A stretch of DNA of 64,000 nt from an uncultured Acidobacteriota bacterium (GCA_963832535.1 CAWHUK010000011.1:36564-100563); one strand, 5' to 3'. Numbered from the stretch's first letter, positions 10,687 to 22,117 are shown. A program made the numbers and translations. Notes: generated by a model from the sequence alone, not told the origin.

Positions 10687-12102
10687 TTACAGGTTCAGAC
10701 TTCGCGGTTTGCCTTCCTGCGCCTGGTAACTTGCTTGCCTGCCCATGCTCACATAGGTGAAGCCGTGGCTCTGCATCTCTTGCGGCTTATACAGGTTGCG
10801 CCCGTCAATGACAATCGGGAAAACGCACGGCGCGGTTCAGCCGCGCCATGTCGATTGCGGCGAACTCCTTCCAGTCCGTCAGAATCAGCACCGCGTCGGC
10901 ATCCTTCGCCGCTTCGTAAAGATCGCTCGCATATTTTAGATTGTCCGCGGGCGGCATCGCTTCTTTGGCGCGTTCCATCGCCGCTGGGTCGTACGCCGTG
11001 ACGATCGCGCCGGCGTGCAGTAGCTTCTTGATGATCGCGATGGCGGGCGACTCGCGAATGTCGTCGGTGTCGCCCTTGAAAGCCAGGCCCAGCGCGGCCA
11101 GGCGCTTGCCGCGCAGCGTCCACAGCGCCGAAAGCACCTTGTTGAAAAAGACTTCCTTCTGGGTGTCGTTGATCTTGCGAATCTCTTCGAGCAGTTGAAA
11201 ATCGACGCCTCGTTGCTGCGCAACCCAGTGGAATGCGGCCACATCCTTTGGGAAACAGGAGCCTCCGTACCCCAGCCCCGCCCGCAGGAACTTGGGGCCG
11301 ATGCGGCTGTCGAGGCCGATGCCCGTGGCAATGTCCTCAATGTCCGCGTCCACGGCCTCGGCCAGGTTGGCAACCGCATTGATGAACGAGATCTTCAGGG
11401 CCAGAAACGCGTTCGAAGCGTGCTTGATGATCTCCGCGCTCTGCGACCGACGGTGACCAGCAGCCTGGCAGGATGCGCGGCGCTGCAGGCACCCGGCAAA
11501 GCTCCCAGCTGGCCGTAATAGTTGCCCGTGGTGAGCGGCTCATAAATGCGCCGCAGCACGTCCGCCGCGCGCTCGTTGCCGGCGCCCACCACAATGCGAT
11601 CGGGATGGAGAAAATCTTGAACCGCCGTGCCTTCGCGCAGGAACTCGGGGTTTGAGACCACGTCGAAGCGTTGCGCCTCGACCCCATGCCGGTGCAAGAC
11701 GCGCCGTATCCAGTCGTTGGTGTAGACCGGCACGGTGCTCTTCTCCACGATCACCTTATAGCCGTTAACGGTGCGCGCAATCTCCGCCACCACAGCCTCA
11801 ACGTATGACAGGTCCGCGGCTCCACTGTCGCCCTGCGGCGTGCCTACGGCGATGAATACCGCTTCGCTCTGCTCCACGGCCTCACCCAAATCGACTGTGA
11901 AGGAAACATGGCCACGGTGCCGTGCCAGCAACTCAGGCAGATGCTTCTCGAAGATGGGCACACCCCCCTCGCACAGGAGCCTGATCCGCGCTTCGTCATT
12001 GTCTACGCAGATTACCCGGTGGCCGATTTCCGCAAAACACGCCGCGGCCACAAGCCCCACATAACCGGATCCGATCACACAGATAGAAACTGGATTGGAC
12101 AT
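10687..12102 (-). CDS. ugd: UDP-glucose 6-dehydrogenase, split by two frameshifts (~11450, ~10815)
   Basis: GSGYVGL, KSTVP, NPEFLREG; next frame SAEIIKHASNAF..GYGGSCFPKD..FKGDTDDIRES; third frame IDGRNLY. Confidence 0.85.
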
Positions 12103-12376
12103 GCGCTCGTTCTGTCTCCCTCACGGCCTCTCTCTTTGGCGCATGCCACGAGCTTGGCCATTTCTTGACGGTTGTTCCCGGCAAAGCCGGCGAATCAGGG
12201 GTTGTTCCAGCCGCTCGCCAGCCTAGCGACATTCTATATTGTTGCCCGCATCGCCGGCCCGCTCTCGCATCTGCTCCAATCAGTTCCGGACCAGGCGCTG
12301 AGCTACAATGAATAGAGGCCAAACGGCATATTTCGTTGCGCACCGCGCGCAATTCCAGCAAGGAGTTGTAACATCT

Positions 12377-12937
12377 ATGGCGATTCCCGCCACACAACTA
12401 CGCCCGGGCATGATCATCAAGCACAACGACCAGCTTCACCTGGTCTTCAAAGTCGAGCACCGCACGCCCGGCAACCTTCGCGCCTTCATCCAGGCCAAGC
12501 TGCGCAGCCTGAAGTCCGGCGCCATGTTCGAGCACCGCTTCCGCTCCGCCGACGCCATCGAAAAGGTGGTCGTGGACGAAATTCCCATGGAGTTCCTCTA
12601 CGCCGACGGCGACGATTACTATTTCATGAATCCCGTGGACTACGAGCAGACCGTGCTCAAGAGCGCCACGCTGGGCGATGCGGTGGAATACCTGACCGCG
12701 AATCTGCAGATCAAAGTGAGCTACTTCGATGGCCAGCCCGTGGGCATTGAGTTGCCGCAAACTGTCGACCTGCAAGTCGTCGAAACCGAGCCAGGATTGA
12801 AGTCGGCAACTGCCTCCAGCGTCACAAAGCCCGCCAAGACGGAAACCGGCCTCGTCGTCCAGGTCCCGCCCTTCATCAACGAGGGCGAAAAGATCCGCGT
12901 CGACACCAGCGAGGGCTCTTACCTGAGCCGCGCCTAA
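12377..12937 (+). CDS. efp: Elongation factor P
   Basis: HRTPGNLRAF, TEPGLK, ETGLVVQVPPFINEGEKIRVDT..YLSRA. Confidence 0.95.
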   Translation: MAIPATQLRPGMIIKHNDQLHLVFKVEHRTPGNLRAFIQAKLRSLKSGAMFEHRFRSADAIEKVVVDEIPMEFLYADGDDYYFMNPVDYEQTVLKSATLGDAVEYLTANLQIKVSYFDGQPVGIELPQTVDLQVVETEPGLKSATASSVTKPAKTETGLVVQVPPFINEGEKIRVDTSEGSYLSRA

Positions 12938-12967
12938 CTTTCGAACCCGCAAAATCGAGGAGTTACC

Positions 12968-13457
12968 ATGCCCGTTCCCGCAGTCATCGCAGCCGCCGCA
13001 GAGAACTATCGCTTCAACTCCGATTTCCTCACCAAAATGGTCGGCGATCTTTCGCCTGAAGAATGGTTGAGCCGTCCCAACGAAAAAGCGAACCACATCG
13101 CGTGGATCGTGGGCCACGTGATCTGGACGCGCAAGGAGCTGCTTGGCCGCCTGGGCACGGAGTGGTCGCAGCCGTGGCTGGACTCGTTTGCGCGCGGCGC
13201 CAAGTGCGAGGACGGCGCTGCCTATCCATCGCCCGGCGCGCTGATCGACGCCTGGCGCGAGGTCTCCGGGGTCCTGGCTGGCGCGCTCGAAAGCGCCTCA
13301 GAAGAAGTGCTCGCGCAGCCCTCCAGGCAAGGGCCCCCGAGCGCCGACGGCAAGATCAGCGGCGTCGTCAACTTCCTCGCCATCCACGAGACCTACCATG
13401 TGCGGCCAGGTATCGTATCTGCGCGGCTGGCTGGGGCACAAGGGACTGATGGGATAA
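12968..13457 (+). CDS. DinB/YfiT-family protein with a +1 frameshift near 13402
   Basis: NHIAWIVGH and HETYH; removing one base restores HVGQVSYLRGWLG..stop at 13457. Confidence 0.75.
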
Positions 13458-13577
13458 CCGCAAATCCGGCGCACCGACCAACGCATCGGCGGGCTAAAAT
13501 TTTCTCTGCAATAAGAGCTGCGCGCTGCGTTCCACGATCAGCCTGTGCCTCGTTGCACGCCAATTCAGGAGGCTCGC

Positions 13578-14804
13578 ATGAAGCCGCTCCTCACTCTCAT
13601 TCTCCTGCCGCTCCTAGGCGGCGCGATTCTCGCCCGCGCAGCCGACTGCACCCAACTCCGATCAGGCACTGCTCGTCCAGGGCAACAACGCCTTCGCCAT
13701 CGAGCTTTACGGTCAGTTGCGCCAGCAGGCCGGCAACCTCTTCTTCTCGCCCGCAAGCATCTCTACCGCCTTCGCCATGGCCTATGCCGGCGCGCACGGT
13801 CAAACGGCAACCGAGATGGCTGCCACGCTCCACTTCATGCTGCCTCCGGATCGTTTGCATCCAGCGATGGGCGCGTTGCTCGCCGACCTCAACGCAACGC
13901 ACGCGGGCTACGAGCTGCACGTGGCAGACGCGCTTTGGGCGCAGAACGGCGAGACCTTTCTGCCCGCTTTCCTCAGTCTCACCAAGGCCGATTACGCCGC
14001 CGGCTTCCATCCGGTCGATTTCAAAACCGCGCCCGATGCCGTGCGCACCACCATCAACCAGTGGGTCGAGCAGCAAACTGCCAACAAGATCACAGACCTG
14101 CTGGGGCCCGGTTCCGTCACCCCGGAAACGCGCATGGTGCTGACCAACGCAATCTATTTCAAGGGCGACTGGGATAAGCCGTTCCCAGTCTCCTACACAC
14201 GGGACGAAGATTTCCATCTCTCCGGACCGAAGACGGGGACGCAAACCGTCAAAGCGCCGCTCATGTACCGCACCGGCAATTACAACTACTTCGATGGCGG
14301 AACCTTTCAGGCGCTGGAGCTTCCCTACCAAACCGGACAACTCTCGATGATCGTCTTGCTGCCGAAGGACGTTGCGGGACTGCCGGCGCTGGAGCAATCG
14401 TTCACGGCAGAGAACGCGCAGAAATGGCTCGCCCAGTTGCACTACACCGGCGACATTCAGTCACCTTTCCCAAATTCAAGATGACCGATCAGTTCGAACT
14501 CAAAGACACGCTCGCCGCGCTGGGAATGAAGCAGGCGTTTCAACAGAGTGAAGCGGATTTCTCCGGCATGACCGGCGGGCGCAATCTCTTCATCTCGGCG
14601 GCCGTCCACAAGGCGTACATCAGCGTGGATGAAAAAGGAACCGAAGCCGCGGCGGCAACAGGAACCATCATGACGGCCACGGCGATGCGGCAGGAACCGC
14701 CCCCCATCATCTTCCGCGCCGACCATCCCTTCCTGTTCCTGATTCGCGACAATCAATCGGGCGGCATTCTCTTCATGGGCCGGGTCACCGACCCCACAAA
14801 ATGA
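13578..14804 (+). CDS. Secreted serpin, split by two frameshifts (~13655, ~14460)
   Basis: Signal peptide; NLFFSPASI, LTNAIYFKGDW, hinge EKGTEAAAAT, FRADHPFLFLI, ILFMGRV. Confidence 0.9.
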
Positions 14805-14871
14805 CCCGACAGAGTGACCCCGCAAAATGACGGCCCGCGGGTGAACTAAGCACTCATTCCACTGCTAAAAA

Positions 14872-17800
14872 TCAGGCGGTCGGCGGCGGCGCGTTGTCTG
14901 CCTTGGGCTGGGGCTTGGGCGGGGCCTGGGGCTTGGCCTTAGGTTCAGGCTTGGGTGCAGCCTGGTATGACTGTCCTGTTTGCTGCCCGTGCGCATCGAA
15001 TTGTTTGATCGTGACATTCCCCAACAAATCTGTTTCTTTGATCTGCATCTTGTGCCCGGCGGTATCGTACTGTGTCTCGATCCGGTGCGTACCAGCCGGT
15101 CCGTTGACGGGCCCGAGGGGCCCGAAGTATTCAACCGCTGTTTGCTGACGCTTGGTGTTGTACCAATATTGAGTCCGCGCAACGTGGTTGCGATCCTCTA
15201 CGAGGTTGCCCGCTATATCGTAATTGGCCACCTGGACCAGAAGACCGCGATTGTCATACGTGTTGGTTATGCGGTGAATGCCGGTGACAAGAGCGGCTGG
15301 CTGTTCTTGGGCGTAATAATAGCTTGTCTCTCGAATCTCGCCGAATTCGTTGTAACTTTGTTTTTCACTTTGATAACGGCTATCCTTCGATGTCAAAGGC
15401 TTGTCATCGGTATCAAAAAACTGAGTCTCAGTGATATTTCCAAAGTGGTCATAGGCATAGCTGACCTTGGAAAACGCCGCGGGAAAGTACGCGCAACGTT
15501 TCCCGTCGACGCCGTAGAAGGTTTCCTCAGTCGTCCGGCCGCGCCCATCGTAGCTGAATCTTGTTTCGTGAAAGAAGCCTTCGGCGTTGCTTATGGCAAC
15601 CTGCTTGGAATCGAGTCCATAGTACGACTCATCCGTTTTGCGGCCTGCCTGGTCATAGACTCTCCGTATAAGGTGGACACCATCCTCATCATTCGCCGGC
15701 TGTCCCTTTTCGTCGTAGAAGCTGACTTCAGAGGCGTTGTCGTTACTGGGGTTGCTCGAGTCGTATCCAAATCGGGTATCGAACGCCCCCAAACCTGCCC
15801 GCACCGGTTTGCCCTGGGTGTCGAAAAAGGTCTGGCGCACCAGTCGATTACTGCTGTCATATTCCCTTTTATCTATGTGGTAACTGGACGTTCCCTGGCG
15901 GTCCATCGGCTGATCGCGAGTATCAAAGTAGCTGAATTCGACAGTGTTTCCATGGGCGTCGTGCGCCGCCGTGATTTTGTGGGCGCCATCATCCGTAGCG
16001 ATGACGGGAGCGCCATCTACATCGAAGTACGCCCAATCGGCCCAGTTTCCCCAGCGATCGTATTGAATGCGCTCGATGGCGTAGCCGCCGGTGATGAGAA
16101 GGGTAGGCTGAGCGCTGGCGTCAAGAGCCCTGAACACCACTATGTTGCCGTCCTTGTCGTATTCCAGTAACTGAGTTGCATTTCCGCTTGAGTCGTTTAT
16201 ATAATGGCCCGCCGCGTCCAAAGACGTCACTCTAATTTCGCGGCCCTTGTCGTCATACTTCATTTCCTGGCCGAACGCGTCATCTGCCCCTGGCGCCGGG
16301 TTCCCTTCCAGATCTAAGTATCGGCGTCGTGTCTCGTAGCCAACCGAGTTATATTCGATCTGCACGACCTCCGCCGGGCTATGTCGTTGCGGCATCGGCA
16401 GGCCATCCGGTCCGACGTAGGTGGCCCTTCTCATTTCCGGCGACTCTGCATTGCCTGCCAGGGGCGCGTAAATCAATCCGTAGACTAAGCCGTGTTGTGG
16501 ATCCCAGCCGGTCTCATCGACCACAATTCCGGGCTTGAATATTCCGGGATTCTCGTATACAAACTCCGCACGGCTGAACGTTACTGTCCCTTGGCGATCG
16601 CTTGACACAAGCGTTTCAAAGTTGTTATTGAGTGTCTGTCTCCCCCTGCTGTCGTCCGCCTCAACTGCCAGAATTTCGCCAAAAAAGCCCTTGCTGATGA
16701 ATCTGTAGGACGACCGGCGGTGCCGTTGAGCCGTCGCCGAAAGTCTTCCATAGGGCACGACTCTTCCGTACTGTCTTGTGAAGCCCCTGTAATAGAAACT
16801 GGTCTCGCGAATGAAGCCGAGCCAATAAAACACGCAAAGCCCCACAGCCACCAGCGCCGTAGAAGCTGCGATTAACGAGCGCACGCGAGAGCGGTGCAGC
16901 GCCTGCCGTAGCTGTGCCTGTCTGCGTTCCTCCTCTATATGCGCGGCGCGAGCAGCTCGTAGAGCACGGCTCTTTTTCACTACGCCTGTCAATAGGTCGT
17001 GCGATAGTTCCACATGCCGCGTTCCCAGGCGATCCTCAAAACGAAGCAGCCGCCGGTCGACCAGGGTTTCCAGGTCCGGCAAACTTACGCCTTCAGCAAG
17101 GGCCTCTTTGAGAGGAACGGTTCCGCGGAACCCGGATGCGGTGAGCAGGCGATCTTCAACAAACAAGCGCACAGGTTCTGAGAGGCCCTCAAGGCTGCGC
17201 CCATACATGGCTTCGAGAATCTCGCCTCGCTCCTTGGCGACCAACTCACTGGTAATGCTCAAGTGTCCTGATTCGACCATGCGCCGGAATAGCTCGTGAC
17301 ACATGACGCTTAAATAGGCAGGCTCGATTTCCGCCTGGCCAACGGCGGTTGCGGCTGCGCCGGATTCTCCGGCCAATGCCGCAACGATCTCCCGCGCTAC
17401 GGCTTCACTTACCCAAGGCCGGCCGGAGCTCAATATAACATCGAGCGCGCGCCCCCCATCGAGAGGAAGCAACGCCATCCGGCTGCGCATGATGGCGGGC
17501 AAAATCGGACGCAGTTGATCGAGCCGGGAAACAAAATCTTCGCGCAGAGACAGCACGATCTTATAAGTTGGGTTGGCGGTGTCGATCGTGATGCGTTCCG
17601 CGGATTGCTTCACGCGCTGTTCCACCGAGAGAGGCACCCTGTTTTCCGCGAGGTCAGCCAGTTGCTCCAGAAACCCCGATGCCTGTCTCTGGTCCTTCCC
17701 GATGGTGAACGCCTCTTCAAACTGATCGAAAATCAAGAGTGGCGTCAGGCGATCGTTTCGCGGTCCCCAAAAGTCAGTTTGGTGAAAGAAGTCCCAGAGT

Positions 17801-18168
17801 GTGGACTTGACGCTTTCAGTTATGCGGCTGTCAACATCGAGACCGCCAACCCGAGCGGTGGCAAGCGTGATTGCTTTCACTTGTTCGACCGGGTCAGCCT
17901 CCGGATTCGCAAAATTCAACCTAAGCAACACCGGAAAGTACATGCCGGAGCGCAGCCGGGGAATTACGCCTGCGTGCAGCAAGGATGACTTGCCCGATCC
18001 GGACCGCCCGAACAGCACCGTGAGTGTTTCCCTTTGGATAAGACGCAGGAGTTCCTCGGTCTCCGCTTCCCTGCCGAAGAACAATTCGTGCTGCTGCTCG
18101 GTATACGGCGCCAGTCCCGGCCAGGGATTCTCAAGCGCCGCCGGCGTGCCCGTCGTTCCCGTGCTCAT
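14872..18168 (-). CDS. nSTAND1-type NTPase + winged helix + TM helix + extracytoplasmic YD/RHS-like repeats
   Basis: NPWPGL..FFGRE, GRSGSGKSSL, IFDQFEE, LSLREDF, VELSHD; TM LIAASTALVAVGLCVFYWLG; many YDxxG repeats. Confidence 0.85.
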   Translation of the reverse strand: MSTGTTGTPAALENPWPGLAPYTEQQHELFFGREAETEELLRLIQRETLTVLFGRSGSGKSSLLHAGVIPRLRSGMYFPVLLRLNFANPEADPVEQVKAITLATARVGGLDVDSRITESVKSTLWDFFHQTDFWGPRNDRLTPLLIFDQFEEAFTIGKDQRQASGFLEQLADLAENRVPLSVEQRVKQSAERITIDTANPTYKIVLSLREDFVSRLDQLRPILPAIMRSRMALLPLDGGRALDVILSSGRPWVSEAVAREIVAALAGESGAAATAVGQAEIEPAYLSVMCHELFRRMVESGHLSITSELVAKERGEILEAMYGRSLEGLSEPVRLFVEDRLLTASGFRGTVPLKEALAEGVSLPDLETLVDRRLLRFEDRLGTRHVELSHDLLTGVVKKSRALRAARAAHIEEERRQAQLRQALHRSRVRSLIAASTALVAVGLCVFYWLGFIRETSFYYRGFTRQYGRVVPYGRLSATAQRHRRSSYRFISKGFFGEILAVEADDSRGRQTLNNNFETLVSSDRQGTVTFSRAEFVYENPGIFKPGIVVDETGWDPQHGLVYGLIYAPLAGNAESPEMRRATYVGPDGLPMPQRHSPAEVVQIEYNSVGYETRRRYLDLEGNPAPGADDAFGQEMKYDDKGREIRVTSLDAAGHYINDSSGNATQLLEYDKDGNIVVFRALDASAQPTLLITGGYAIERIQYDRWGNWADWAYFDVDGAPVIATDDGAHKITAAHDAHGNTVEFSYFDTRDQPMDRQGTSSYHIDKREYDSSNRLVRQTFFDTQGKPVRAGLGAFDTRFGYDSSNPSNDNASEVSFYDEKGQPANDEDGVHLIRRVYDQAGRKTDESYYGLDSKQVAISNAEGFFHETRFSYDGRGRTTEETFYGVDGKRCAYFPAAFSKVSYAYDHFGNITETQFFDTDDKPLTSKDSRYQSEKQSYNEFGEIRETSYYYAQEQPAALVTGIHRITNTYDNRGLLVQVANYDIAGNLVEDRNHVARTQYWYNTKRQQTAVEYFGPLGPVNGPAGTHRIETQYDTAGHKMQIKETDLLGNVTIKQFDAHGQQTGQSYQAAPKPEPKAKPQAPPKPQPKADNAPPPTA

Positions 18169-19574
18169 CTTGTCCTCCGGTATTTACGGATTCCGCGACT
18201 CAGGAAATCGATGAATTCCGGCGGCAGCATCCCGTCGCGCAGCCGCGTCCAGTGGAGCTCTCTGTAGGGTGAGTCTACAAAGCCCGCACCCGCGGGCGTG
18301 TCGTCAATCACCAATGGCTGCAGGAAGGCGTCTTCCTTGTGTCTTTCCATAGAGGCATTTTCGGCCCATTTCCATTCCTTCAGCACGTAGCCGCCCACGG
18401 CTCTCGATGGCTGATCGAAAGCGCGGGAAATGACGGCCACGAAAAACGAGGCGCGGCGGATATTCTCGCGGATGCTTTGCTCATAATCGACTCCGGGTTG
18501 AAGAGCCCGCTCGTCCATCCAGGTGTCGATGTTGGCCTCTTCTAGCTGCGCTCGAATCTTTCTTACCTGCTCGCGATTCTCGCTGGCATAGCTGAGGAAT
18601 ACCGTGCCCGACTTGAATTCCGATTCCAAATCGCGCGACGCGGTCCGGAGCTTATCGTGACCGGCGCTGCGCTGCTGCCACCGCTGGTGCAAATTGGTTA
18701 CAAAATCGATCGCCGATCCCGATGTGACCACCTTAGCGCGCCGCCGCTTGAGGAATTCGGACAACCCTGCTTCGCAGCCATGGCTGACATAGTAAATATT
18801 AATCGTCTCTTCGTGCCTGCGGCCATTCAGCGCATGAATGAAGAATCGCCCCAGCCAGTCAGGGAAACTGCAACCGAGCAGGAGCACCGTCTTCTTTTGC
18901 AGATAGTCGTAAAGGTTATCTGGTGAATATTGCTGATCGAGAAGCGACCAACTATATTCAATCAGATCGTCCTCGGTCTTTGCGAAGGAATCGGTTACAG
19001 GGCTGCTGGAGCCAAACAGGTGATACAACACGGGAGCAGACGTTGGGCCGAAGTTGTTGGGTAAATCGATGCGGCTCTTGACTCCGCGCGGCGTAAATAC
19101 AATGTCGTCGATATGTTGATGTTCTCCGCGCGCGTCGCTCAGCGCTTTCTCAAGGAGATGATCGATGGTGGTGGTTACATAAAGAGAAAAGTCCGAAATC
19201 TCCGCCAGCTTATTCAATACGTCAGGCACCGGCCAGGGGCGGCGCCGAATCACATCGTCAATGTCAAAGGTGAGGTCGCCGGAATTCTGTTTCAGGCTGA
19301 GCTCGTTGGCGACCTCGAAAAGCCCGGCAGGGCCGCCAGCCGGAAAGGTCATTCCAGCCTGCTCTGCAAGCTCCCGCCCCCAGGCTGAATAGAGCAACTG
19401 CTCCTTGCCGTCCTCCTGGAAGGTGAGCAGCTCCGGCCCAATCACCGGAACCACACACCTTTCCAATACGAGACTAGTCAGCTTGTCCCATTCCCGATCG
19501 GTCATCGGCGCCGAAGCTGGCGGATTGGGCGATAGCATCGCGACTTCAGACATCTCTGCTCCTTCGCGTGTCAC
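18165..19574 (-). CDS. SIR2-like domain fused to a C-terminal TIR domain
   Basis: VVPVIG, YVTTTID, YHLFG, LLLGCSF; TIR VFLSYAS..WMD..VAVIS..KEW; ATGA overlap with the STAND gene. Confidence 0.8.
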   Translation of the reverse strand: MTREGAEMSEVAMLSPNPPASAPMTDREWDKLTSLVLERCVVPVIGPELLTFQEDGKEQLLYSAWGRELAEQAGMTFPAGGPAGLFEVANELSLKQNSGDLTFDIDDVIRRRPWPVPDVLNKLAEISDFSLYVTTTIDHLLEKALSDARGEHQHIDDIVFTPRGVKSRIDLPNNFGPTSAPVLYHLFGSSSPVTDSFAKTEDDLIEYSWSLLDQQYSPDNLYDYLQKKTVLLLGCSFPDWLGRFFIHALNGRRHEETINIYYVSHGCEAGLSEFLKRRRAKVVTSGSAIDFVTNLHQRWQQRSAGHDKLRTASRDLESEFKSGTVFLSYASENREQVRKIRAQLEEANIDTWMDERALQPGVDYEQSIRENIRRASFFVAVISRAFDQPSRAVGGYVLKEWKWAENASMERHKEDAFLQPLVIDDTPAGAGFVDSPYRELHWTRLRDGMLPPEFIDFLSRGIRKYRRTR

Positions 19575-20090
19575 AAGTCATGGTAATACCAGAAGTTGCC
19601 TCTGCGGACGGGAATTTCAGGCAGAAAGAGCTCCTGGCGCAACGATGAGGTCTTGCAGATGTGGGGCCTGTGGTACGGCCGGTTGGCCTGTCCGGGAATC
19701 CTTACCAAGTTGATTGTTAGTGTAGCGCAAAAGGTGCGGAAGTCAGGACCTGAAATTATCTCTCAAGAGCCAGACCCCCTTTCGACCTTGCTGAGGACAG
19801 GCTCCGGCGCGCCCGGCTGCTCAAATTATTCATAGCCGCCGCTGAACCTCGGATGTTACGCTGTTGAGACCGGCGTGCCGGAAGCCGGAGTCCCCGTTCA
19901 CCGGTTCCCAAGGGCTCACGTCCCAACTCTGAGTTTCGCTGGCGAAATCGCTTCGCGGTCTTCCCTTTTCGCCGCGCCATGCTCGATCGAAAAAGATCAG
20001 TCGCGATCCCTGCATTGCCGGGAAACGCTGGCCGGCTCTCAAAATACGAACCGGCCTCAAGAACTCGAAAACGAAAGGATAAAATTCAAA

Positions 20091-20945
20091 ATGCAAGTAA
20101 GGCGTGAACCGAAGTTATCGGCAATTTGCGCGCTGGCGGCGTGTTGCATCGCCATCGCCGGCGCAACCAGCTTAACTGCGCAGCAATCGGCTGTTCCCGC
20201 TCCCGCGGCGCTCGTTTCGTTGCAGCCCTACACCGCGCCCGACCAGAGCGCATCGGCCGGCGTCCCTGCCGGATGGACGGTGACCAAAGGCGCATATGGC
20301 GTGATCCAAATGTCGGGCCCGCAGGGCGAGGCGATCTCTCTCGGGAACGGTCTTTTCGTCATGAATGGCCCGTTCAAGCTCGGTCAGATGGCAAGCGGCC
20401 CAATTCAGATGACGATGCCTTACCAGGCCCCGCTCGCGCAAAAGTACGCGATGCTCTGGCAGCAGAGCGCCGCCCAGGCCGGAGACCCGACCGCGCAGGT
20501 CAGCATCGTTTCAGCCACGCCGATTGCGCTGGGCAATGTAGCTCAGTGCGGCATCTTCCTGGGCAAGCTGACCAACGCGAAAGGCGCATCGAATTTTGAG
20601 TCGCGATTCTGCGCACTGCCGATGGACACCAACGGCGTGTTCAAGCTTTTCTGGATGAACGCCTCGATCCCGGCCGCGCTGGCCGCCAAGGAGCGCGCCA
20701 CAGCGGAGGCGGTACTCCAGAGCTACAAACCGTCTCCGACTTCACTGAAGATGCTTCTCGCGCCGGCGACGCCGACTATGGCTCCGCCAAGCGCGCCCAG
20801 AATGTCCGGAGGAGGAGGCGGCGGTGGTGGAGGCGAGTCCTCCTCACAGTATGCGGAAAGAACAGCGGACGAAACCAGCACGTGCATGGACCTGGGCGTA
20901 ATCCGCGAGGAACCGGAGAGGCGGCTGCCGTCTTACTGCCATTGA
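20091..20945 (+). CDS. Secreted hypothetical protein
   Basis: RBS aaagga, signal peptide, Pro/Gly linker, Cys-containing tail. Confidence 0.6.
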   Translation: MQVRREPKLSAICALAACCIAIAGATSLTAQQSAVPAPAALVSLQPYTAPDQSASAGVPAGWTVTKGAYGVIQMSGPQGEAISLGNGLFVMNGPFKLGQMASGPIQMTMPYQAPLAQKYAMLWQQSAAQAGDPTAQVSIVSATPIALGNVAQCGIFLGKLTNAKGASNFESRFCALPMDTNGVFKLFWMNASIPAALAAKERATAEAVLQSYKPSPTSLKMLLAPATPTMAPPSAPRMSGGGGGGGGGESSSQYAERTADETSTCMDLGVIREEPERRLPSYCH

Positions 20946-20971
20946 AAATGAGGTGACGTACGCCGACCTTC

Positions 20972-22117
20972 TCAAGCCACCTGCGCGCGTGCTCCGGTGT
21001 TGGGGCGGACGCGATATTTCTTGGTGGTAATATCCAGGACGCGCTCCATCTTACGGAGCGCCTGTGCCTCGTCAGGAGCGGCAAAGGTCGACGCCACGCC
21101 GCGGCTCTGGGCCCGGCCCGTTCGCCCCACGCGGTGCACATAATCCTCTGCTTCCTTGGGCATGTCGAAGTTGACGACGTGCGCGACGTCGGCTACATCG
21201 ATGCCCCGTGCTGCCACGTCGGTGGCCACCAGCACGCGGTGATGACCCTGGGCAAAGCTGCGCAGGGCGGCATTGCGCTGCGCCTGCGAGCGGTCACCGT
21301 GAATCTGGGTGGCCGAGTGCCCGGCCCTGGACAATCGCCGCGCCACGCGATCGGCGCCGTGCTTGGTCCGCACAAAGACCAGGAAACTGCCTTTGTTCGC
21401 GCCGAGCAGATGCTCCAGCAATTCCTGTTTTTTGTCAGCCGGAACCTCAAAGGATCGCAGCTCCACATTCGGCGATGGCTTGAGCACCGATCCGATCTCG
21501 ATGCGAACCGGGTCCCTGAGATAATTGCTTGCCACTTCCCGGATCTCCGGGCTTAGAGTTGCCGCGTAACACAGCGTTTGCCTATCCCGCGGCAAAACCC
21601 GCGCGATCCGCCGGATTGCCGGCTCGAAACCCATGTCGAGCATGCGGTCCACTTCGTCCAGCACCAGCATTTTTATGCCGCTTAGATTCACCAGGCGGCG
21701 CGACAGGTAGTCTTCGAGCCGCCCCGGCGTGGCCACGATCAAGCGCGGTCCCCGGCGAATCTCCGCCAGTTGCGGACCCTCCGCCAGACCGCCGCAGACC
21801 AGCGCCGCGGTGCCTTGAGTCTGCGTCAGATGGCGCCATACCTCGAGCACCTGCATCGCCAGCTCGCGTGTGGGCAGCAGAACCAGCGCCTGAGAGCCTT
21901 TGGCGCCCACCTTCGTTTCCGGGGGCATTCGTTCGATGAGGGGAATGAGAAAACTAAGTGTCTTGCCTGTGCCCGTCTGCGCCGTCGCCAGTATGTCGCG
22001 TCCCTCAAGGGCTGGAGGAATGGCTGCCGCCTGTACGGGCGTGGGATTGATAAAGTTTGCATCGGACAACTGCTGCTGGAGCAGCCGCGATAGTTTTAGT
22101 TCGGAGAAGAGTTTCAA
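20972..22117 (-). CDS. DEAD-box RNA helicase (RhlE-like)
   Basis: Q motif PTPVQ, AQTGTGKT, PTRELA, TPGRL, DEVD, ATDVAARGID, HRVGRTGR; TTG start inferred. Confidence 0.92.
   Translation of the reverse strand: MKLFSELKLSRLLQQQLSDANFINPTPVQAAAIPPALEGRDILATAQTGTGKTLSFLIPLIERMPPETKVGAKGSQALVLLPTRELAMQVLEVWRHLTQTQGTAALVCGGLAEGPQLAEIRRGPRLIVATPGRLEDYLSRRLVNLSGIKMLVLDEVDRMLDMGFEPAIRRIARVLPRDRQTLCYAATLSPEIREVASNYLRDPVRIEIGSVLKPSPNVELRSFEVPADKKQELLEHLLGANKGSFLVFVRTKHGADRVARRLSRAGHSATQIHGDRSQAQRNAALRSFAQGHHRVLVATDVAARGIDVADVAHVVNFDMPKEAEDYVHRVGRTGRAQSRGVASTFAAPDEAQALRKMERVLDITTKKYRVRPNTGARAQVA

Noticed and set aside
12968-14143. 391-aa DinB fusion ORF
   Set aside because: Read-through caused by a one-base indel; the tail overlaps the serpin in another frame
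14872-16800. RHS polymorphic toxin
   Set aside because: No recognisable RHS core terminus, toxin tip or downstream immunity gene; the repeats follow a STAND domain and TM helix
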